Source: a virus
IMG/VR virus record: IMGVR_UViG_3300006149_000007
Strand: one strand, 5' to 3'
DNA length: 64,000 bases
The first letter of the stretch is position 1. Every line of letters starts with the position of its first letter. The notes under the pieces were generated by a model. The model had not been told where the DNA came from. It saw only the letters and a program-made list of their open reading frames with translations, and searched no databases. The translations under genes and the position numbers were made by a program. Positions 8,887 to 16,510 of this stretch are shown piece after piece.

Positions 8887-8915
8887 TTGACACTTATACG
8901 TCAATGACGTATAAT
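8887..8915 (+). promoter_or_regulatory. consensus sigma-A promoter with embedded perfect palindrome (operator)
   Basis: TTGACA (8887-8892), 17-bp spacer, TATAAT (8910-8915). TATACGTCA-A-TGACGTATA (8895-8913) is a perfect 9-1-9 inverted repeat spanning the spacer and the -10 box. Confidence 0.65.
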
Positions 8916-8949
8916 AGACACAACAAAAGAAGTTAAGGAGGTTTTTGAT

Positions 8950-10125
8950 ATGGGTAAAATATATGAAGTTTTTGAGGGAAACATGGAAAGACTTGAAAAG
9001 AAACTGACAAGGATTTCTAACAAGTGCAAAAAGTACAGTTGCGATTTCAGATATGAGAAAGTCGGAGAAGCTTTCCGCAAGATGAAAGATGATAATGGCA
9101 AAGAGTATACTGCGAGATTTGTTCAGATTGAGGCAGAAGGAACAGCAATTATCAACGATTGGCGGTTTATCGCAAGTGTTGAGCATACAGAGAACGGAAA
9201 CATTATTAAGAAATGCTGTTATGATGTGGAAGTTCCTGAAAAATACTACGAAAGCAAGCCGATATGTGAACATTGCGGTAGCAACCGTTACAGAAAGAAT
9301 ACCTACATTGTTCAGAACGTGCAGACAGGAGAATTTAAGCAAGTAGGAAAGTCTTGCTTAACAGATTTTACAAACGGAATGAGTGCGGAGTATGTGGCAC
9401 ATTATATAAGCCTTTTCGATACTCTTATCGAGGGAGAATATATTGAACCGGGATATAGAGCAAAGAATTATATCGAGATAGGCGAGGCGCTAAGATATGT
9501 TGCTGAAACCACAAGGCATTTCGGATATGTAAAAACGGACGGAGAAAGACCTACGAAGTACAGAGCAAGAGATTATTACGAAGCAGACCACGGAATGGCA
9601 GGATTTTTACAAGAAGAATTTGAAAAAGAAATGTGGGAAGTTTCTTTTGACGCTAATTCTGATTATGCAAAAGAGATTTCTGCAAATGCTCTTGAATGGG
9701 TTTTAAGGCAGGAAGCAAACACCGAGTATATGCACAATCTGAAAACAGTGTGCAGTGCAAGTCATGTGACTTTTGAAAATTTTGGAATACTCACAAGTCT
9801 TATCCCGTCATACAACAGAGCAATGGAAAGAGAACAGAGGATAGAGGCGGAAAGAAGCGCTGATATGAAGTCAGAGCATATCGGGAAGGTCGGAGACAGA
9901 ATTACAATCCTTATATCTGATTACAGAGTTATTACAAGTTGGGAAACACAGTATGGGGTAACTGCAATCTATAAGATAACGGACGAAAGTGGAAATGTGT
10001 TTACATGGAAAACAAGTGGCTGTATAGTAGAAGATACAAAGAAGATTTCCGCAACTGTAAAATCTCATAACGAGTACAGTGGAACGAAGCAGACGGAAAT
10101 TACAAGATGCAGAGTGGTATCTTGA
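8950..10125 (+). CDS. hypothetical 391-aa protein with central Cys cluster
   Basis: Strong RBS AAGGAGG. Contains CEHCGSNRYRKNTYIVQN..GKSC and a beta-rich C-terminal domain. I recognise no family. Confidence 0.55.
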   Translation: MGKIYEVFEGNMERLEKKLTRISNKCKKYSCDFRYEKVGEAFRKMKDDNGKEYTARFVQIEAEGTAIINDWRFIASVEHTENGNIIKKCCYDVEVPEKYYESKPICEHCGSNRYRKNTYIVQNVQTGEFKQVGKSCLTDFTNGMSAEYVAHYISLFDTLIEGEYIEPGYRAKNYIEIGEALRYVAETTRHFGYVKTDGERPTKYRARDYYEADHGMAGFLQEEFEKEMWEVSFDANSDYAKEISANALEWVLRQEANTEYMHNLKTVCSASHVTFENFGILTSLIPSYNRAMEREQRIEAERSADMKSEHIGKVGDRITILISDYRVITSWETQYGVTAIYKITDESGNVFTWKTSGCIVEDTKKISATVKSHNEYSGTKQTEITRCRVVS

Positions 10126-10142
10126 TGATACGGAGGACTGAC

Positions 10143-10316
10143 ATGACAATACAAGAATTGAGGTCAAAAACAGGCTTATCACAATCAAAATTCGCTGAAT
10201 ATTTCGGCTTGCCACTACGGACAGTGCAAGAATGGGAGCAAGGCAGGCGGAAACCGCCAGACTACATACCGAAACTTTTAGAACGAATATGGAATTTAGA
10301 AACTACCAGCCAATAG
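10143..10316 (+). CDS. XRE-family HTH protein (MqsA/HigA-like antitoxin-type)
   Basis: MTIQELRSKTGLSQSKFAEYFGLPLRTVQEWEQGRRKPPDY. The EWEQGRRKP motif is typical of antitoxin-type HTH proteins. GGAGG lies upstream of ATG 10143. Confidence 0.65.
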   Translation: MTIQELRSKTGLSQSKFAEYFGLPLRTVQEWEQGRRKPPDYIPKLLERIWNLETTSQ

Positions 10317-10334
10317 GAGGTTGGTAGTTTTTTA
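10301..10334 (+). terminator. rho-independent terminator
   Basis: AACTACCA/TGGTAGTT 8-bp stem followed by a T-run. Confidence 0.6.
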
Positions 10335-10359
10335 TTTGGAATAATGGAGGTTAAAATAT

Positions 10360-10764
10360 ATGGCTTGTAAAAATACTTGTCGTTTATGCGACAAATTGAT
10401 TATCTCGACCGCAGTAACCTTTACAGCCGGAACAGGTCTTGTGATTACAATTCCGGCAGGAAGTTACAACGACGGATGCAAATACTGTATTGTTGTAGGT
10501 CAGAACATTCCGGCAGAAACAACGATTACCGCGCCTGTATTTATTCAGGTTGGTACGGGAGCAGTGCTTTATCAACTTACACAGCCTTGCTGTGACCAAG
10601 TAACGGCTTGCGGAATTAAAACCCGAACAAAGTATTGTACAAGAGTGCATACAAGCGGCGATACTGGCACATTCAGGCTCTTAGAGAGGGTTTGCTGTGT
10701 AACTGACAACTTGAGAGCGTTAAACGGTGACGGTACACCTGTAACGCCGACACCGGGAGCATAA
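10360..10764 (+). CDS. Cys-rich beta-type protein
   Basis: 134 aa with 11 Cys (CKNTCRLC, CKYC, PCCDQVTAC, VCC). Confidence 0.5.
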   Translation: MACKNTCRLCDKLIISTAVTFTAGTGLVITIPAGSYNDGCKYCIVVGQNIPAETTITAPVFIQVGTGAVLYQLTQPCCDQVTACGIKTRTKYCTRVHTSGDTGTFRLLERVCCVTDNLRALNGDGTPVTPTPGA

Positions 10765-10781
10765 GGAAAGGAGGAATTAAC

Positions 10782-11648
10782 GTGGATACGAAACACATTC
10801 ATTGTATGCTTGAAAAGATTGCCGAGTACGGCAAACAGATGATGGAAGAAGCAGTAGGAGCAGGGAATGTCAACCTTGAAATGGCAGGAAAGATTGTCGA
10901 CATGGTCAAGGATTTGGCTTGCGCTGAAAAAGACGCTCTGATTGCCAAAGAAATGCGGAAAGCACATGAAGATGAAGAAGCAGAAGAAAAATACATGATG
11001 AAGATGCTGAAAGAGGAAAACAAAGACGAATACAAAGAGATGAAAGAACAGTACGGAGATGAAGCTGACAGGCGTTTTTATGATAGTTGGAGACACGCAG
11101 ACGGTTCATTCGCAAGGAAAGGAACGGGCGAATATCGACCGAGAAGTTATTATAGGCGCAGAGGATATGCAGAGCCTATGTATCATATGCCCTTAGATAT
11201 GTACCATGACTATACACCAGAAGAACTCCGAGATATGGATAAGGAGAGCAGGGGCGTTATGTATTTCAGTTCCCCTATGAGTGGAAACATGAGCGGAGGA
11301 AATGCTTCTGGAAACAGTGGAAACTCTGGAAATTCTTCTGATGGAGGTACAAGGTCATACACAGATGGGTACAACGACGGAAGCCGCCGAGGATATGAAG
11401 AAGGAATGAGAGACGGAAGAAATCAAGGTGGAAATTCCCGTTATGAAAGAGCAAAGAGAGGATATGAAGAAACAAAGGAAAAGCACAAGGGTAATACGCC
11501 AGAAGACAAGCAATTAACCATGCGTGAGGCTGAAAAAGTGTTAAATGTCGTTTTTGACGAGATTGACGAAATGCTTCAAGACGCTACACCAGAAATGAAA
11601 AATATGGTTAAGACTAAGACCATGACGAGAATGCAGAAGATACAGTAA
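10782..11648 (+). CDS. charged low-complexity protein
   Basis: 288 aa with GTG start. Has E/K-rich and SGN/GNS repeat tracts (SGNMSGGNASGNSGNSGNSS). Confidence 0.45.
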   Translation: MDTKHIHCMLEKIAEYGKQMMEEAVGAGNVNLEMAGKIVDMVKDLACAEKDALIAKEMRKAHEDEEAEEKYMMKMLKEENKDEYKEMKEQYGDEADRRFYDSWRHADGSFARKGTGEYRPRSYYRRRGYAEPMYHMPLDMYHDYTPEELRDMDKESRGVMYFSSPMSGNMSGGNASGNSGNSGNSSDGGTRSYTDGYNDGSRRGYEEGMRDGRNQGGNSRYERAKRGYEETKEKHKGNTPEDKQLTMREAEKVLNVVFDEIDEMLQDATPEMKNMVKTKTMTRMQKIQ

Positions 11649-11667
11649 AAATCGGAGAGGGGGAAAT

Positions 11668-11829
11668 TTACTTTTCCCCTCTTTTAGAAATGTATTCCAC
11701 AATAGCCGCCTCAACGATTTTGCTAATCGGTATCATGGTTTGTTTGGAGTAATCCTTTAACATTTTATCGACTTCTGGCGGCAATGTAGAAGAAAACCGT
11801 ACTTTGTTTTTGAGAGTATCGCTTGCCAT
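11668..11829 (-). CDS. ribbon-helix-helix (CopG/Arc-like) protein, 53 aa
   Basis: Not in the ORF track (<60 aa). Minus-strand sequence is MASDTLKNKVRFSSTLPPEVDKMLKDYSKQTMIPISKIVEAAIVEYISKRGEK, which has a beta-alpha-alpha RHH pattern. Confidence 0.5.
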   Translation of the reverse strand: MASDTLKNKVRFSSTLPPEVDKMLKDYSKQTMIPISKIVEAAIVEYISKRGEK

Positions 11830-11878
11830 AGGTAAACCGCCTTTCTTTATTGTTATTTAATCTTAATTCATTTTTTGC

Positions 11879-11907
11879 TTGAAGTCAAGTGAAATAAATG
11901 TTATAAT
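11879..11907 (+). promoter_or_regulatory. sigma-A-type promoter (extended -10)
   Basis: TTGAAG, 17-bp spacer, TGtTATAAT. Confidence 0.45.
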
Positions 11908-11943
11908 ATTAAATAAGATTAAGTAATATATGGAGGCGGTTTT

Positions 11944-12804
11944 ATGGCAAAAGCTATTGACTTAACAGGGCAGAAGTTTGGCAGATTAACTGTTGTTTCA
12001 AGGGCAGAAAACAGAAACGGAAAAATAATATGGCATTGTAAATGCGACTGTGGAAATGAAAAAGATGTTATATATGATAATCTAAAACGAGGAAGAACGC
12101 AAAGTTGTGGCTGTGTGCAAAAAGAGATAGCAAGTAATTTATGCAAAAATTTATCGAAAACACAAAGACCATATGAGGATTTGACTGGAAGAAGATTTGG
12201 GAAACTTATTGTTGTTAAAAGAAATAAAAATATAAAATCAAATCACATTCATTGGGATTGCAAATGCGATTGCGGGAATATAACTACCGTTTCAGCTACA
12301 CATCTTAGAAGCGGTCATACAAAATCGTGTGGTTGCTATCGTATCGATTTTGAGCCAGAAGTTAAAAAACATGGTATGTCTGACACGAGGCTTTATAAGA
12401 TTTGGCAAGGAATGAAAGGTAGGTGTTGTAGAGCTTCAGAGCCTACTTATAAATGGTATGGCGGCAGAGGGATAGTGGTATGTGAAGAATGGCTACATAA
12501 CTTTCAAGCGTTCTACGATTGGGCTATTTCTAATGGATATGCCGATAATTTGACAATCGAGAGAAAAGATGTGAATGGCGATTATTGCCCCGAAAACTGT
12601 TGTTGGATACCATTAAAGAAACAGGCTCAAAACACAAGGGCAACTAGGTTTTTGACTTATAACGGAGAGCGCAAGTCCTTAACTGAATGGTCTGAAATTA
12701 CGGGCATAAAAAGCGGAACTTTGCACGGAAGGCTTGAAAGAGGATGGTCTGATGAAAAGTGCATAGAAACCCCAGTGAATAAGAAATATAGGAACAAAAA
12801 TTGA
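11944..12804 (+). CDS. zinc-ribbon-repeat / HNH_3-like endonuclease-family protein (paralog B)
   Basis: Same architecture as 6608..7432: two ...W.CKCDCGN...SCGC modules, then YGGRGIVVCEEW, TIERKDVNGDYCPENCCW, and an HTH-like tail. Confidence 0.55.
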   Translation: MAKAIDLTGQKFGRLTVVSRAENRNGKIIWHCKCDCGNEKDVIYDNLKRGRTQSCGCVQKEIASNLCKNLSKTQRPYEDLTGRRFGKLIVVKRNKNIKSNHIHWDCKCDCGNITTVSATHLRSGHTKSCGCYRIDFEPEVKKHGMSDTRLYKIWQGMKGRCCRASEPTYKWYGGRGIVVCEEWLHNFQAFYDWAISNGYADNLTIERKDVNGDYCPENCCWIPLKKQAQNTRATRFLTYNGERKSLTEWSEITGIKSGTLHGRLERGWSDEKCIETPVNKKYRNKN

Positions 12805-12818
12805 AAGAGGGTGCAAAC

Positions 12819-13139
12819 ATGACATACATAATGAACGGAATACTATGGACTGTCCGTTTCGTGAATAGCAGTAGTCCGTTGCTTATGAGAAGCAACAATA
12901 CAATGACAATCGGAATGTGCGATATAAACCGACATGAAATATGCTTGTCTGATAAGCTACATGGCGCAATGCTCCGCAAAGTGCTTATTCACGAGGTCAC
13001 GCACAGCGCAATGGCAAGCTATGGCATAGAAATGAGCATAGAGCAGGAGGAGATTTTTTGTTCACTTGTATCGACATACGGCGATGAAATTTTCGGTGTT
13101 GTGGATAATCTGTTTACGATTTTAAGGAGGATAGCATAA
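12819..13139 (+). CDS. HExxH zinc-metallopeptidase-like protein
   Basis: LIHEVTHSAM motif; 106 aa counted from ATG 12819. Confidence 0.5.
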   Translation: MTYIMNGILWTVRFVNSSSPLLMRSNNTMTIGMCDINRHEICLSDKLHGAMLRKVLIHEVTHSAMASYGIEMSIEQEEIFCSLVSTYGDEIFGVVDNLFTILRRIA

Positions 13140-13309
13140 TGATTGACGTTGACAAGTGTGTAAAGGAACAGGCGGAAAAGTTAGAAAATGCAACAGATGA
13201 GCAAAAACAAAATTTTATTGAAATGGCTACGCATTTTGGAAATTTCTTTAACTGTCTATGCAAACAAAGTGAAAGGGGTAAGAATGGAGAAAATAACACA
13301 GATTCTTAA
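13139..13309 (+). CDS. small hypothetical protein (56 aa)
   Basis: TAATG coupling to the upstream gene. Not in the ORF track. Confidence 0.3.
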   Translation: MIDVDKCVKEQAEKLENATDEQKQNFIEMATHFGNFFNCLCKQSERGKNGENNTDS

Positions 13310-13503
13310 ATATGTTCAGAAAACCAATCCGACCATGACAAAGGATAAACTGCTTGAAGAATTATCCAAGTGTTGATATTCGGCGGTTGCGCTTTGCATG
13401 GTGTGTGAGAATTATAAGAGGCTTACTTGCAATGAGTAGGCTTTTTATTGTTTTGTCAGTCATTTTATGGTAAGATAGATAAAAATAATTCGGAGGCGAT
13501 TTT

Positions 13504-13818
13504 ATGATTATATACAGACCGCACAGGGGCGGATTAGCGGATGCACTTGCTCAAGCAAAGGAATTTCAAAACGAAGAGGAAATGAAAGCCTATATCTATG
13601 AGGATTGGAAGAAGCTATATATGGAATTGGGTTTTAAGTCTGCGCCGTTTGAAATTAAAGACATTGTGATTGACGGTGAAGCATTAGATGATACCCATTG
13701 CGGCTGGCACGATACGAAGTATGTCTGCGTAAAACGCATGGGGGAAGATATTTATGATTGCCCACAATGTATAGGAATGTGTGCAACAGATTATGAAAGA
13801 ACAGAAGTGGCGGTTTAG
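13504..13818 (+). CDS. hypothetical protein
   Basis: 104-aa ORF with RBS GGAGG upstream. Confidence 0.5.
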   Translation: MIIYRPHRGGLADALAQAKEFQNEEEMKAYIYEDWKKLYMELGFKSAPFEIKDIVIDGEALDDTHCGWHDTKYVCVKRMGEDIYDCPQCIGMCATDYERTEVAV

Positions 13819-13959
13819 TCTGTCGCTTTTATTATGTCCTATGAAAACGCTGAACGGCTCAAATTTGCCTTTAAATTGATTTGACAATATTTTATAGGGT
13901 AATAAAATAAAACGCCTTAAATCGCACAATACAACGTTTGAAATCCATCGCAAGAAAAT

Positions 13960-13985
13960 AGCCTGCGGTTGCAGGCTTAGTTTTT
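13960..13985. terminator. bidirectional terminator
   Basis: AGCCTGC-GGTT-GCAGGCT perfect 7-bp stem with an A-run before it and a T-run after it. Sits between convergent genes. Confidence 0.6.
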
Positions 13986-14174
13986 ATTTCTTCCTTTTTT
14001 ACAATTCCGGCAACTCCAAAAACAATCATAGTCACGGTTTCCGACAATATCCATATAATTGTTATTATATACTGCTCCGCATTCGTATTCTTTGCTGTAT
14101 GCGTTGCATTCATCATCGCCCGTTCTCCATGTGTTTATAATTTTTCCCATGTCATTACATGTAGGTTTTTCCAT
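13977..14174 (-). CDS. small Cys-rich protein
   Basis: 65-aa ORF, last gene of the minus-strand islet. Confidence 0.4.
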   Translation of the reverse strand: MEKPTCNDMGKIINTWRTGDDECNAYSKEYECGAVYNNNYMDIVGNRDYDCFWSCRNCKKGRNKN

Positions 14175-14278
14175 GTATATTTTCTCCTCTTTTTTGTGGT
14201 ATTTTAATTATAATTCCGCTGCGGGTGCGTGTCAAGGCGGAAAGGGCGGATTATGAGGTTATTCCGCCCTTTTTTTGA

Positions 14279-14989
14279 TTATTCTTCGCCCCAAAGAATC
14301 CTTTCTGCCTCATCTTCTCCGACTCCGTTACCCTGCCAATCTGCAAGGCACGGGGCGCTTTTGTCGGCGGAAATTATCAAGTCTGCCGCATGACTCCACC
14401 CGATTCCGTACGGAAGCGGATTCCCTACTATGTCTTTGGACGCTTGCCAATGCAGCGGGTCTTCTGTGAGAAGTCGCTGTAATATCTTCCCGCAGTTTGT
14501 GCTATTGCAGAGCTTTTCGAATTCCGGACAATGTTCTGCTGCATTACGGAATCCCTTTAAGCCACCGTAATACTTGTCTTCATTTTTCAAATCTGAAAAA
14601 TAAGAATATCTTTCCGGCAAAAGCGACAAATGCTGATTGCCACTCCCTAATTCTTTTATCATGGATTCAAAGTCTCCATACAGCCGGAGGAACGAAGAAA
14701 ACCCGCTGTTTCTCCGGTGGCATTTAACCGGACACGAACCGACCAAAAACTCATGGGCCTTTTCGTCGCCACCCAGCACAGGGATGACCAGTTTTCCGTC
14801 CTCCATATTGGCAGGATGGATATCCAGCGGCAAAGTTTCTCCAAACTTCTCCATGCTCCACCCGTTAACAATTTCTGCCGCTTCGCTCTCTGGCATATTT
14901 GTCAAGATGTCGATGTCCCTTGGCCTATTAGCCCTTGTCGCGAAATTTCCAGTTACAGCAGAGCCGAAAATAACTAATACTTTTTCCAT
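14279..14989 (-). CDS. Pol-beta-superfamily nucleotidyltransferase with C-terminal Rx4H (HEPN-like?) domain
   Basis: VIFGSAVTGN-x11-RDIDIL is the GS...DxD NTase motif, with a third acidic residue at LPLDIH. The C-terminal half carries R148-NAAE-H153. The gene is visibly GC-richer than its flanks. Confidence 0.65.
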   Translation of the reverse strand: MEKVLVIFGSAVTGNFATRANRPRDIDILTNMPESEAAEIVNGWSMEKFGETLPLDIHPANMEDGKLVIPVLGGDEKAHEFLVGSCPVKCHRRNSGFSSFLRLYGDFESMIKELGSGNQHLSLLPERYSYFSDLKNEDKYYGGLKGFRNAAEHCPEFEKLCNSTNCGKILQRLLTEDPLHWQASKDIVGNPLPYGIGWSHAADLIISADKSAPCLADWQGNGVGEDEAERILWGEE

Positions 14990-15051
14990 ATATTTTTCTT
15001 TCTCCCCTATATCCCTGGGGGCCAGGAATTTTTAGAATTTCAGAAAATTTA

Positions 15052-15426
15052 TTAAATAAGATTAACAAAGTGATCGCTTTTAGAATCTTGATATTTGCTA
15101 TAACTGTCACATTTCCAGTAAGCACGTTTTTTACCATAATTGTGCCATACAATAAATTTAATTCCATATTCTCCATCAAGTAACAATTCTGTCTTCTTTG
15201 CTGCTATTTTTAAATATTCTTCATGGCTTACTTCAAGCTTCTCAACCATCTCGGCTTCTTCTTTAGCTTCCTGCCATGCCATTTTTAAACATTCACCAAA
15301 AACCGCTTTTTCCTCTCTTTTAAGATTGCGAGATCTGCTCTCGATAACGGAAATCATATTTTTTGTTTTCAAATCAATATCTTTTTTAATTTCCCATGCT
15401 CTTTTCATAATTTCACTTCTTGTCAT
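15052..15426 (-). CDS. hypothetical protein
   Basis: Start is likely ATG 15426 (MTRSEIMKRAWEI...), preceded by AGGAGG. First gene of the minus-strand islet. Confidence 0.5.
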   Translation of the reverse strand: MTRSEIMKRAWEIKKDIDLKTKNMISVIESRSRNLKREEKAVFGECLKMAWQEAKEEAEMVEKLEVSHEEYLKIAAKKTELLLDGEYGIKFIVWHNYGKKRAYWKCDSYSKYQDSKSDHFVNLI

Positions 15427-15532
15427 AACTTTATGCCTCCTGAGTTTGTTTTTGTTTCTTTCTATAATTATAATATCACTTTTATAAGAAATAGTCAAGC
15501 TTTTTTATAACTTTTTTAAGAAATATTTTCCG

Positions 15533-15561
15533 TTGACTTTTTTAGCTTGATATTGTATAGT
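15533..15561 (+). promoter_or_regulatory. sigma-A-type promoter
   Basis: TTGACT, 17-bp spacer, TATAGT. Confidence 0.5.
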
Positions 15562-15583
15562 AGATATTAAAAGGAGGGATAGC

Positions 15584-15817
15584 ATGATTAAGTATAAAAT
15601 AAATATAGCGGACGCTTTGGAACGTGCGGGATTTAACACATACAAAGCAAAGACGACCAAGCTATTAAGTCAAGATACGCTAAAAAAAATAAAATGCGAA
15701 GATACTAATATATCATTAGAGAGTATCAATCGAATTTGTATGATTTTAGATATGCAACCAAAAGACCTAATAGAGTATGTAGAAAATGAGGAAGAAAAAA
15801 AGAAATATAAATTTTGA
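15584..15817 (+). CDS. small HTH DNA-binding protein (Cro/CI-type)
   Basis: NIADALERAGFNTYKAKTTKLLSQDTLKKIK...SLESINRICMILDMQPKDLIEY. Confidence 0.55.
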   Translation: MIKYKINIADALERAGFNTYKAKTTKLLSQDTLKKIKCEDTNISLESINRICMILDMQPKDLIEYVENEEEKKKYKF

Positions 15818-15934
15818 AAATATCTCTTTACAAAGTGATAAAAGTATGATATTATATAATTGTCCAAAGGGAACAGAGGACAATAACCGACAAGGCAGAG
15901 GGCAAGTGAAACCTCAAGGAGAAAGGAGAAAATC

Positions 15935-16120
15935 ATGGAAGATATGACAGAACAGGAAGTTAAACAAAGCCTTATAGACAATTACATTAATCTGTTAAGG
16001 ATTAAGGCATCAGAAACAGCAACAAACAAAGAACTGAATATCCAGCTTGAAGTTGCAAAGATAAAATTATCCTCATACAGCATTGATACAGCGGGAATTG
16101 AAAAGATGATTTTGGGATAA
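15935..16120 (+). CDS. hypothetical protein
   Basis: 61-aa helical ORF with RBS AAAGGAG. Confidence 0.4.
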   Translation: MEDMTEQEVKQSLIDNYINLLRIKASETATNKELNIQLEVAKIKLSSYSIDTAGIEKMILG

Positions 16121-16239
16121 CAGAATAAGTGTTCACAGAAAGGGCGGGCTTGCCACCGCCCCAACTGTAAAACAGATTATAGCAGATTGTGGAATATAAA
16201 TCAAATAAATTTTGGAAAGGCGGCTGGAAGGTGAGAATT

Positions 16240-16470
16240 ATGAAAACATTATCTTATATTTACGGAACAGAGCAGGAAATCGAAATTGGGGCAGAATTGT
16301 ATTTTGGGCAATTATGGGATGGAAACGGCGACGGCGAGGAATTGCTGAACAGCGGTGAGATTGCTGTCTGGGACGAAGAAACGGAAACTGACAACATTGT
16401 CAGTTTCGAGATTATCGAACCGAGCGAGGACATTTTAAATGCCCTTGTAAGGGTAACGGATTTATATTAA
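16240..16470 (+). CDS. highly acidic small protein
   Basis: 76 aa from ATG 16240, with 19 D/E against 2 K/R. Confidence 0.45.
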   Translation: MKTLSYIYGTEQEIEIGAELYFGQLWDGNGDGEELLNSGEIAVWDEETETDNIVSFEIIEPSEDILNALVRVTDLY

Positions 16471-16492
16471 GGCGCATTTTGCGCCTTTTTTT
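16469..16492 (+). terminator. rho-independent terminator
   Basis: AAGGCGC-ATTTT-GCGCCTT followed by a T-run. Confidence 0.65.
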
Positions 16493-16510
16493 GAATGAAA
16501 GGAGATAATT

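Noticed and set aside
14237-14277. Hairpin GGGCGGA...TCCGCCC plus a T-run between two minus-strand genes of the NTase islet, initially read as their terminator.
   Set aside because: The T-run follows the stem on the plus strand, not the minus strand, so it is not a canonical terminator for the islet genes. It may stop plus-strand read-through. I did not call it as a feature.
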